Source of the DNA: Dehalococcoidia bacterium
GTDB lineage: Bacteria; Chloroflexota; Dehalococcoidia; GIF9; AB-539-J10
Assembly: GCA_035530115.1 (NCBI GenBank)
Contig: DATKVL010000107.1
Location: 1-52,527 of the forward strand
DNA: 52,527 bases
Direction: 5' to 3'
Shown piece after piece: positions 41,346-48,561 of this stretch. Within the stretch, counting starts at the first letter, position 1. Each line of letters opens with the position of its first letter. The notes beneath the pieces are model-generated. The model ran no database searches. It saw only the letters and a program-made list of their open reading frames with translations, and was not told the origin of the DNA. The translations under genes and the position numbers were made by a program.

Positions 41346-41407
41346 CACATTCACCCAAGGGTCAAGGGGCTTTTTGTCACACCCCAACAGGCAGTAAAAA
41401 ATAAAGG
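41346..41407 (+). repeat. Motif B copy 2 (…gtcaaGGGGCtttttgtcacaCCCCaacagg…)
   Basis: See 40501..40560; starts 2 nt after the stop of 40643..41344. Confidence 0.65.
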
Positions 41408-41438
41408 GCGTATTTACCCACCATATTTTTATGAAAGA

Positions 41439-41480
41439 CTTATATATTGTTACCCGTACCCTTGTGTGGTGATGAAAACG
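41439..41480 (+). promoter_or_regulatory. Motif A copy 2 (cttatatattgttacccgtacccttgtgtggtgatgaaaacg)
   Basis: TATA 26 nt upstream of GTG 41466; drives the RHH gene. Confidence 0.7.
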
Positions 41481-41645
41481 CCGAAACCAGGTTTTAAACA
41501 AATCACCCTTTCCGAGGAACTTAAGGATCAAATCCAGAGCAGAGCTAGAGCCGAGGGGTTGACTATGCCTGACTTACTCCGGAAGCTTCTCGAAACAAAC
41601 TACCCAGATTACCCTGCTCCGGCGGGGGAGGAGAAAGAAAAATGA
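41466..41645 (+). CDS. Ribbon-helix-helix (CopG/Arc-type) regulator
   Basis: Below the track cutoff; (VV)MKTPKPGFKQITLSEELKDQIQSRARAEGLTMPDLLRKLLETNYP...; start is GTG 41466 or ATG 41472. Confidence 0.65.
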   Translation: MVMKTPKPGFKQITLSEELKDQIQSRARAEGLTMPDLLRKLLETNYPDYPAPAGEEKEK

Positions 41646-41767
41646 GCAAGGAGACAAGGTGCCGTGTCTGTGGTCGTCTGCTCACTGTCCCTGAGAGCGT
41701 GGATCGTGGGATAGGGCCCGTCTGTTGGGCACGCCTCAAGGCGAAAAACGGGGAGGCTGATGTATGA
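41642..41767 (+). CDS. Small Zn-binding protein (41 aa), DUF6011-like CxxCGRxL...GxGPxC motif
   Basis: ATGA overlap; MSKETRCRVCGRLLTVPESVDRGIGPVCWARLKAKNGEADV. Confidence 0.5.
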   Translation: MSKETRCRVCGRLLTVPESVDRGIGPVCWARLKAKNGEADV

Positions 41768-42336
41768 TGGTCGAGTACAGGACGGTTAGCATCCCGAAGC
41801 CCCTCGCCGACGACGTCACAGCGCTCATGGAGGAGGTTGGGTACTGGCCGAGCCTCAGCGCCTTCGCCCAGGATGCCATCATCGCAAAGCTCAGGTCTTG
41901 CCGCGCGATGCAGAAGGCCACCAAAGAGAAAGCCGAGGATCATGCCCCGAATCCGGACCCAGGTGTCTGGAAGGAGCTCGTCAACATGGGTCAAGATACT
42001 GAGAGTCAGATGGACCCTAATGAATTATGCCCTAAAGGGTGGGCTTGGTGTATCGGAGACTGTGACTTCCGTCCAGATAATGGTAACTGTGACGACTGTG
42101 GTGAGTCTCTTGCCCCCTGTATGAAGGAGGCTAATGGGCTGATGGATGCGGAGCAAAGGACACATAAGTCTATCAAGTACACCAGAACCGTTCTCCCAAG
42201 CATCCTGCGTAACCCTCTTGCCCTCATAGCGATGTATGTTAATGACGTGGACCCAGATGACCTTCAGGACAAGGGGTACGACATCCTTGAGTACCTAGAG
42301 AAGACAACACCCGAGGAGGTTGAGGACGATGGTTGA
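41764..42336 (+). CDS. RHH-domain protein with a Cys-rich C-terminal extension
   Basis: RTVSIPKPLADDVTALMEEVGYWPSLSAFAQDAIIAKL (RHH-like); later CPKGWAWCIGDCDFRPDNGNCDDCG. Confidence 0.55.
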   Translation: MMVEYRTVSIPKPLADDVTALMEEVGYWPSLSAFAQDAIIAKLRSCRAMQKATKEKAEDHAPNPDPGVWKELVNMGQDTESQMDPNELCPKGWAWCIGDCDFRPDNGNCDDCGESLAPCMKEANGLMDAEQRTHKSIKYTRTVLPSILRNPLALIAMYVNDVDPDDLQDKGYDILEYLEKTTPEEVEDDG

Positions 42337-43147
42337 TGAGGACAGGTCCCTAGCAAACACTGAACAGTTGGCACTCGCCATCCCTATGATGCCCATCGAG
42401 GAACTTACGAAGCTGACGAACTACGTCGCCCAGGTCAAGGAGACCCTGATGACGAAGAACAAGGACTACTTCATCCAAGGAAACAAGCAATACACAGCCC
42501 GCAGCGGATTCGCCAAACTCGCCCAAGGCTTCGACCTGAGCGACGAGATACTATTGGAGAAGGAGATATACCAGGATGGCCGTTTCTACGGGTTCAACTA
42601 CACTGTCTGCGTCTATAACCGACTGGGCAGGAGATCTACTGGAGTCGGCAGCTGCACCATCGATGAGCCGAACCTGATCCACCATAAGGATCGTCCCTAC
42701 CATGACGTCCGATCCATAGCCTTCACCCGGGCTTGGAACCGCGCCGTCAGTAACTTCGTGGGGTCAGCCGATGTCAGCGCCGAGGAGATGAGTCTAGGCC
42801 CAGAGTTTGACACCCCACAAAGAAAAGCACCGGAAGACGCAGTCAGGGTTCAAGACTTCATGAAGCCCGTCGAGCTAAAGCTGCCGGAGTGGCTGCTCGC
42901 TGACGAATTGAACCGTGCAGAGGATTCATGGGACCAAGCCAAGGAGATGACTGAGGGCTGGATGAAGGCGGCGGGCTTCAACCTAGACGACTTTGAGGTG
43001 AAGTCGGACACCGTGAAGATCACCGTGAAACCCATAAAGGCAATCCCAGCGGAGGCAATGCCGGACATAACCGGCGTCATGCTCGCAGCAGGCTTCATAC
43101 AACGCAACAGGATATTCCGGCTGAATAGAAAGGACGTGATCGGATGA
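42329..43147 (+). CDS. Hypothetical protein (possible single-strand annealing/recombination protein)
   Basis: ATG 42329, 8 nt after gaggaggt; ...YTARSGFAKLAQGFDLS...GRRSTGVGSC...IAFTRAWNRAVSNFVG vaguely resembles SSAP cores; weak. Confidence 0.4.
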   Translation: MVDEDRSLANTEQLALAIPMMPIEELTKLTNYVAQVKETLMTKNKDYFIQGNKQYTARSGFAKLAQGFDLSDEILLEKEIYQDGRFYGFNYTVCVYNRLGRRSTGVGSCTIDEPNLIHHKDRPYHDVRSIAFTRAWNRAVSNFVGSADVSAEEMSLGPEFDTPQRKAPEDAVRVQDFMKPVELKLPEWLLADELNRAEDSWDQAKEMTEGWMKAAGFNLDDFEVKSDTVKITVKPIKAIPAEAMPDITGVMLAAGFIQRNRIFRLNRKDVIG

Positions 43148-43368
43148 TGAAGGTAGTTAAACGGATCAGAGTCAACGCCCGGCTGCCTGACTACGAAGGC
43201 AAGTACCGGGACGAGATCACTCAGGAGTTCACCATAGAGCTTGAGGAAGAAAACGACATACTTGACGCCCTTATTGACAGGGTGAACGACGGGATGGCTA
43301 TCCAGTTGGGTACAATGCTTAAAAAGATCGATGAACTGGGTGGCCGTGACTACACGGAGGCGACCTAA
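43144..43368 (+). CDS. Hypothetical protein
   Basis: ORF track 74 aa, ATGA overlap. Confidence 0.5.
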   Translation: MMKVVKRIRVNARLPDYEGKYRDEITQEFTIELEEENDILDALIDRVNDGMAIQLGTMLKKIDELGGRDYTEAT

Positions 43369-43369
43369 A

Positions 43370-43570
43370 ATGGGTGAGCAGAAAATAACTCCGAAGTGCC
43401 CTAGATGCGGCGAGACTACCAACCAATATCTGCGGGGTTGGGAGGAGGGTTACATGAAGTACCGGTGTGGGCATTGTAAGAAATCGTACAAGGTGATGGA
43501 AGATGGGGAGGACATAGTCAAGTCGAGCCAGCTAGGCTTCCAGATAAACGACAAGGAGGCGAATCCATGA
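43370..43570 (+). CDS. Zn-ribbon protein
   Basis: ATG 43370 inside track ORF 43331..43570; CPRCGETTNQ...YRCGHCKKSY. Confidence 0.55.
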   Translation: MGEQKITPKCPRCGETTNQYLRGWEEGYMKYRCGHCKKSYKVMEDGEDIVKSSQLGFQINDKEANP

Positions 43571-43689
43571 GTTCTCTAGACTTCAACAAGGTTGACAGAG
43601 TCATCGTTGACTTGAGGAAGATCAGGGAACTCAAATACCAGAGTTTGCGCCGCCTCGGTAAACTGCTGAACAGGAAACGGCTACCATGA
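43567..43689 (+). CDS. Small hypothetical protein (40 aa)
   Basis: ATGA overlap; MSSLDFNKVDRVIVDLRKIRELKYQSLRRLGKLLNRKRLP. Confidence 0.3.
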   Translation: MSSLDFNKVDRVIVDLRKIRELKYQSLRRLGKLLNRKRLP

Positions 43690-43702
43690 AGGAGGCTGAG
43701 GG

Positions 43703-43885
43703 GTGATAATCACACAGGCCCTCCTGCAGCGACACCAAGGCACTATGCTCTGCAAAGGCTGCGGCGAACCTCTAAAGGAAGGCGAGAACGTTGCGCGACG
43801 TCGCGTAAACAGCCGAGCCCGGTATTTTCACTGGGGCTGCATCTACACAGAGGCGCGTGAGACGGCCGAGGAGGCTGAGGGCTGA
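43703..43885 (+). CDS. Small Cys-containing protein
   Basis: ORF track 60 aa (GTG after ggaggctgagg); CKGCGE...HWGC. Confidence 0.5.
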   Translation: MIITQALLQRHQGTMLCKGCGEPLKEGENVARRRVNSRARYFHWGCIYTEARETAEEAEG

Positions 43886-44193
43886 TGAGAGTAAAGAGCG
43901 TGTCAGACCTCGCCTTTAAAGCACTTGATTTTCTCACCGAGGATGAAGATGAACTCTGGGTGGCCCACATCGTATTCGACGGCCAGGCCAAGGAGACAGG
44001 CAAAATCCAAAAAATTATGAAACAAGACTGCGGGAACTCATACGACTCCGTCCAGCGAACACTGAAACGGCTTGTTGAGAAAGGAATCATCATCCGGGTA
44101 CTTCAAGGCAAATATGAGCCAAACCTGGGGATGCTACTTCCCAAGATGATTGATCTCCTTGAAGCAGAGCAAGAGGCTGAGGGCGTTGAGTGA
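43885..44193 (+). CDS. Winged-helix DNA-binding protein
   Basis: GKIQKIMKQDCGNSYDSVQRTLKRLVEKGIIIRVLQGKY. Confidence 0.55.
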   Translation: MRVKSVSDLAFKALDFLTEDEDELWVAHIVFDGQAKETGKIQKIMKQDCGNSYDSVQRTLKRLVEKGIIIRVLQGKYEPNLGMLLPKMIDLLEAEQEAEGVE

Positions 44194-44455
44194 TCTCGGA
44201 CCCGTCTCTCAGGCTATCCTGGACTACATTCAGGAACGCCCCCAACCCATCGAGATATTCCGGATGATCCACGCCGTCTCCAAGGTAACGAAGACTTCTC
44301 ACTCAAGTAAATGGTATTTCCGTCAACTCGTGGGGCTCCACATCGAGGGCCGCATAGAGGCGTCGATGGTTAGGCAAGGTGACAAGCTGGGCATCAGGTG
44401 GCGACGCCTACCGGAGTTTAAAGAGGCAGAGGGAGAGGTAGGTAAAAGTGAGTGA
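44186..44455 (+). CDS. Winged-helix-like protein
   Basis: TTG 44186 inside track ORF 44150..44455; LSDLGPVSQAILDYIQERPQPIEIFRMIHAV... Confidence 0.45.
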   Translation: MSDLGPVSQAILDYIQERPQPIEIFRMIHAVSKVTKTSHSSKWYFRQLVGLHIEGRIEASMVRQGDKLGIRWRRLPEFKEAEGEVGKSE

Positions 44456-44467
44456 GAGTGCACTCTG

Positions 44468-44540
44468 ATCATTTATTTATATCAACCATTATTTTTATGA
44501 CAATCCATTTAATCAGATAAAAATAAATATATCTACGAAT
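44468..44540. other. AT-rich tract with imperfect inverted A/T repeats; candidate replication origin
   Basis: atcatttatttatatcaaccattatttttatgacaatccatttaatcagataaaaataaatatatc; largest intergenic gap (44456..44658), directly upstream of the wHTH + MCM genes. Confidence 0.4.
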
Positions 44541-44580
44541 CATCCATACTTGGTGCGGTGATCGACATGTATAGGGAAGA

Positions 44581-44657
44581 TTATGCTCCCTCTTCCCTAA
44601 CCCACCAACCCATCAATTTTATATAATAGGGAACCCTCATCCCATTTGGGAGCATAA
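44581..44657. promoter_or_regulatory. 10-bp perfect inverted repeat (TTATGCTCCC ... GGGAGCATAA) bracketing a TATA box (ttttatataata, 44617..44628)
   Basis: Arms at 44581..44590 and 44648..44657; the right arm abuts TTG start 44659. Confidence 0.6.
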
Positions 44658-44658
44658 G

Positions 44659-45282
44659 TTGAATGATCAGGTCCAGTTACAGGACACGCGTAGCCTGACG
44701 GAAAACCTCACTGAAATACTTCTTTCTCTTTCTAGACTAGAAAAAGAAAGTAGTAGTAATAGTAGTAATGTATTCGGCGAGGACGTGAATCGAGCGAAGT
44801 GCCTCATGGCTGCGTATCTCTTACCTGGGGGCGGATGCCTGCAATACATTCTTGAGCGGAAGGCATTCACGATCCCCATAGTGGCCTCCTCCACAGGGGT
44901 TGAAATCAACCTCATCTACAGTGTCGTGGGGAGACTTGTCAGAGGCGGCGTGGCTTATGAACGTTACAGGGTTGGGGGCCAAGGTAGACCTGCCAATCTG
45001 TATGCATTGTACGATGCCTCTGATAGTCAGGTGGTGGAGGCGGCCAACCTCTACAGGGACGCAAACACTGAACACGTTAAGCGTCTTGACGACTATCTGG
45101 TAGATCATGACTACAAAGAGGTAGCGGAGGAAGCTGTGAAGTACCTCAATGAGGAGGGGCAATTAGGTTCGTGGACTCTGGTTAACCTGTTAGCGGTTAA
45201 GCGGATATACGACGATGACGCGTTGCTTGAGGTGCGGCGCATCGTGGCTTCTATGGGATACACCATTGTGGAGGGAGCCTGA
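44659..45282 (+). CDS. Winged-helix protein upstream of MCM (possible origin-binding or regulatory protein)
   Basis: ORF track 207 aa; IYSVVGRLVRGGVAYERYRVGGQGRPANLYAL looks like a wHTH wing. Confidence 0.55.
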   Translation: MNDQVQLQDTRSLTENLTEILLSLSRLEKESSSNSSNVFGEDVNRAKCLMAAYLLPGGGCLQYILERKAFTIPIVASSTGVEINLIYSVVGRLVRGGVAYERYRVGGQGRPANLYALYDASDSQVVEAANLYRDANTEHVKRLDDYLVDHDYKEVAEEAVKYLNEEGQLGSWTLVNLLAVKRIYDDDALLEVRRIVASMGYTIVEGA

Positions 45283-47537
45283 TGGACGCCCTGGACTTGG
45301 ACATGGAACCACTCCGCGAATACCTAACAGGCTGCGGGGCTGTGCCCCCGTTGGATGCAGCCACCATGCGGCTCGACGGGAGCCTAGTGATCAACCTCAC
45401 GGACCTCTACCAGTATAGCACCGAACTCGTGGAGCGCCTAGTCAGTGACACAGATAAAACTCTGTTGGATGTCTCATACCACGTTAAGGAGTTGCTGACG
45501 ATGCGTGTCCCCGAGTTGATCAGGGACCACCCGGTGGAGGTTCATCTAGTCGGGCATCCCGACCAGGAGACTCCCCTTCGGAGTCTACGCAGCCACATGA
45601 TAGGCAGCCTTGCGTCAACGTCCGGCATTGTTGTCAAGATCACGCAAACGGAGCCGAAGATCAGGGAAGCCTATTATATCTGTCAGAAGTGTGGGCAGGG
45701 CATTAGAGTCCCCCAGAAGATGCAGTACAGAAGCGAGCCGTTAGATAGGTGCGATAACTGTAAGGGGAAAAACTGGGTACTCGATCCATCACACAGCGTA
45801 TTCGAGGACATTCAGTTGCTGAAGCTGCAGGAGGCGCCTGAAAGCCTTCCCTCGGGGCAGATGCCTCGCACATTCACCTACGAACTCAGGGGATTGCTCT
45901 GTGGACGTGTCAACGCGGGTGACCGGATTAGGATCACTGCGGTTATCGACGCGGCTATGGCGGGAAAGAGCAGCCCTGAACGCAGACTAGAGATGTATGG
46001 GCGCTGCTTTGGCTTCGGGTATCTAGCCGAAGATGCGGAAGACCTGGAGTGCAGCACCGAGGACGCGCAGAGTTTCAGTGATATGGCTAAGAGGCAGGAT
46101 ATGTTCGCCGCCGTCACCGATAGCGTCGCCCCCAGCATCTACGGGCTCAGGGAGGAAAAGCAGTGCGTCGCCGCCTACCTGATGGGTGGGGAAGCCAAGG
46201 AGATGGAGGATGTCCGCATAAGAGGCGACATAAGCGTCCTACTCATCGGTGACCCTGGTTTGGCGAAGAGTCAACTACTTAAGTTCGCCTCTAAAGCCAG
46301 CCCACGGGGACTCTACACCACAGGCAGGGGCAGCAGTGCCGCAGGTCTCACGGCGGCGGTGGTCAAGGATAAGGACATCGGATACAGCCTTGAGGCGGGC
46401 GCCCTAGTTCTGGCTGACAGGGGGCATGTATCCATCGATGAGATCGAGAAAATGGAAGAGAACGACAGACGCGCCATACACCCCGCCATGGAACAACAAA
46501 TAGTGCCGATCAACAAGGGCGGCATCAACACGACTCTTAACGCACGATGTGGGATATTGGGGGCTGGGAACCCTAAGGATGGGAGGTATAACCCATACCT
46601 TACCGTGGTTCAGAATATCAATCTCGAAGAGACCATACTGAACAGGTTTGACTTAATACGAGTGATGAAGGATCAGCCAAACGAGGAGCGAGACGCAGCT
46701 CTAGCAGATCACCTGCTGAGAGTGCATCGCGGTGAGCAAGTTCAGTCACCTCTCACTCTCAGAGAACTCCGAAAATACGTGGCATATTGCAGAAAACACA
46801 TACACCCTGAGGTACCCCCGACAGTGGGTCAGCAACTTAAGGAATATTACTTAGGTCTCCGACGCACCAAGGAAGGCGACATAGGGGATCCCAAGCAACC
46901 TACCATCATGATCACTCCCCGACAATTCGAATCATGCATACGGGTCACCGAAGCCGTGGCCCGATCCAGGCTCCACGAGGTAGCCACAGAGGACGACGCC
47001 CTCACCGCTCTGGGAATCATCGAGGCAAGCATGGAGCAAGTAGGCGTAGACCCCACCACAGGGGAACGCAACATAGACAGCTGGATGACGGGGAAGCCTA
47101 AAGGGTTACATCAGAAGCTGGAGTTGCTTCGTAACATCATATATGAGATGCAGTGCGAAGCCACTGACGGGCATTGTGACTACCAGACGATGCTGCAGCG
47201 GGTGACCGAGAAGGGGCTCTTCAAGGTATCCGAGCTAAGGAAATTCGTTGAGCAGCTGCTCCTCGAGGATGCGTCAGAGCCTGTGACGGGGAAACTACGG
47301 ATACTTAAGCCGATGGGGTACACGGGGAAGGCGCGGAGCCTCAAGGGTCAGCTACAGAAGACGCTGCAACTGATAGGGGAGATGAGCACTATAGAAAGCG
47401 GTGTCAAGGACGACGACCTGTATGAGGCGTTGCAGGGTCAGGGCGTGACGCGGTCAGAGGCCGCCAAACTAGTAAGCGTACTCATGAAGGATGGCACCAT
47501 ATTCAGCCCCCGCCCAGGCATATATCGCCGCACATAA
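45282..47537 (+). CDS. mcm: MCM replicative helicase
   Basis: Zn motif CQKCG...CDNCKG; Walker A LLIGDPGLAKSQLL; Walker B HVSIDEIEKM; sensor/arginine finger CGILGAGNP...NRFDLI; C-terminal wH region. Confidence 0.95.
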   Translation: MDALDLDMEPLREYLTGCGAVPPLDAATMRLDGSLVINLTDLYQYSTELVERLVSDTDKTLLDVSYHVKELLTMRVPELIRDHPVEVHLVGHPDQETPLRSLRSHMIGSLASTSGIVVKITQTEPKIREAYYICQKCGQGIRVPQKMQYRSEPLDRCDNCKGKNWVLDPSHSVFEDIQLLKLQEAPESLPSGQMPRTFTYELRGLLCGRVNAGDRIRITAVIDAAMAGKSSPERRLEMYGRCFGFGYLAEDAEDLECSTEDAQSFSDMAKRQDMFAAVTDSVAPSIYGLREEKQCVAAYLMGGEAKEMEDVRIRGDISVLLIGDPGLAKSQLLKFASKASPRGLYTTGRGSSAAGLTAAVVKDKDIGYSLEAGALVLADRGHVSIDEIEKMEENDRRAIHPAMEQQIVPINKGGINTTLNARCGILGAGNPKDGRYNPYLTVVQNINLEETILNRFDLIRVMKDQPNEERDAALADHLLRVHRGEQVQSPLTLRELRKYVAYCRKHIHPEVPPTVGQQLKEYYLGLRRTKEGDIGDPKQPTIMITPRQFESCIRVTEAVARSRLHEVATEDDALTALGIIEASMEQVGVDPTTGERNIDSWMTGKPKGLHQKLELLRNIIYEMQCEATDGHCDYQTMLQRVTEKGLFKVSELRKFVEQLLLEDASEPVTGKLRILKPMGYTGKARSLKGQLQKTLQLIGEMSTIESGVKDDDLYEALQGQGVTRSEAAKLVSVLMKDGTIFSPRPGIYRRT

Positions 47538-47571
47538 TCTGTAGGAGAGAACCAAAGGAGGAACACCAGAA

Positions 47572-47886
47572 ATGACTACAAACATGCAATCGACTAGCCT
47601 GGAGGTCTTCTTCGGGGAGGTGCTTCCTAGTCTCAGTGAGAGACAGGGACAAGTCCTCGACATATTCCTAGAGAACCCGATACTTGATTTCACAAACATG
47701 GAGCTCGCCGAGGAGTTGGGGTGGAGCATCAACCGAGTTACGCCCAGAGTCTACGAACTACGTGGCGAAGGCAAACACAATCCTCTCAAACATAATCCGG
47801 TGCTCATAGAGAGCCGCCGACGCGAATGCCTGGTTACAGGACGAAAAGCCATCGCCTGGGCTTTCAACCCAGATAGGGGGAGATAA
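47572..47886 (+). CDS. Winged-helix DNA-binding protein
   Basis: LSERQGQVLDIFLENPILDFTNMELAEELGWSINRVTPRVYELRGEG. Confidence 0.6.
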   Translation: MTTNMQSTSLEVFFGEVLPSLSERQGQVLDIFLENPILDFTNMELAEELGWSINRVTPRVYELRGEGKHNPLKHNPVLIESRRRECLVTGRKAIAWAFNPDRGR

Positions 47887-47887
47887 T

Positions 47888-48085
47888 GTGCAATCTCGGC
47901 CTTACAATAATAATCACAGGTGTCCTGACTGCGGTGAATGGCTAAAGAGGGAAACCCCGAACGGAAGGTATAACTGCAATAACCCGACGTGCCCTGTGAT
48001 CTATGTGAGGTTCTCACGTGTGGCGCCTCAGTACAAGATCACGAGGATAAACAGGGCCGCCGTGCTCGACATGACGTTTAAATGA
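47888..48085 (+). CDS. Zn-ribbon protein
   Basis: ORF track 65 aa (GTG); CPDCGEWL...YNCNNPTCP. Confidence 0.55.
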   Translation: MQSRPYNNNHRCPDCGEWLKRETPNGRYNCNNPTCPVIYVRFSRVAPQYKITRINRAAVLDMTFK

Positions 48086-48099
48086 CCCAAGACCTTGGT

Positions 48100-48126
48100 C
48101 CCGCCCGGAGTTTGACGATGGGCGGG
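48100..48126 (+). terminator. Hairpin CCCGCCC-N13-GGGCGGG after the last gene of the GC-rich block
   Basis: 7-bp perfect stem read directly; no adjacent T-run, so its function is uncertain. Confidence 0.3.
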
Positions 48127-48187
48127 TATGACTTTCTAAGACCAAATAGGTATGGGTAACTGGTGAAATGTTGTTCGGTGAAATTGA

Positions 48188-48250
48188 CGAGGGGCAGGCA
48201 TAGATGTGACAGGCCACCGGCTCAGCGGAGTCTACAACAAAGTCAAATAA
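48188..48250 (+). pseudogene. 3' remnant of a paralog of the 8461..8781 membrane-protein gene
   Basis: ggggcaggcatagatgtgacaggccaccggctcagcgg versus ggagcaggcgtagatgtcgcaggccaccgcctcagtgg (8671..); RGAGIDVTGHRLSGVYNKVK* versus TGAGVDVAGHRLSGAINQL; in-frame TGA immediately upstream. Confidence 0.65.
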
Positions 48251-48313
48251 GGCTTATATGCCCCTTTTTAAATACAAAACCTTAATAACGATAAAACCTA
48301 GAATATAATTACA

Positions 48314-48454
48314 ATGACAAAAAGACAAATAGCCATTGAAGATGAAACATGGATGTCACTAAACCAGTTAAAGGAACCCGGAGACACATTTGACGAAGTT
48401 ATCAAAAAACTGCTAACCTTCTGGTGGAAGAAAAACGAGGAGGGAGAGCCATGA
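48314..48454 (+). CDS. Small RHH/antitoxin-like protein (46 aa)
   Basis: MTKRQIAIEDETWMSLNQLKEPGDTFDEVIKKLLTFWW parallels the N-terminus of the 13111 RHH protein; the antisense track ORF 48298..48573 is rejected. Confidence 0.5.
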   Translation: MTKRQIAIEDETWMSLNQLKEPGDTFDEVIKKLLTFWWKKNEEGEP

Positions 48455-48561
48455 AAGAATTTCCCCGGAAAGAACTTCCCCAAGAATTTCTGATAGAGGC
48501 AACTAGACTCCTGCGACAGATCAATGAGGAGAGGAGGAAAAATGAGCGAATACAATCGTAA
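48451..48561 (+). CDS. Small hypothetical protein (36 aa)
   Basis: ATGA overlap; MKEFPRKELPQEFLIEATRLLRQINEERRKNERIQS. Confidence 0.3.
   Translation: MKEFPRKELPQEFLIEATRLLRQINEERRKNERIQS

Noticed and set aside
48086-48313. Searched this and other intergenic gaps (4488..4576, 14406..14496, 17899..18082, 40483..40642, 50236..50400) for tRNA/ncRNA genes and att-like sites
   Set aside because: I could not fold a cloverleaf with acceptor, anticodon and T-arm features, and there is no integrase to pair with an att site. Only simple hairpins and promoter or terminator-like motifs were found, and these are reported separately.
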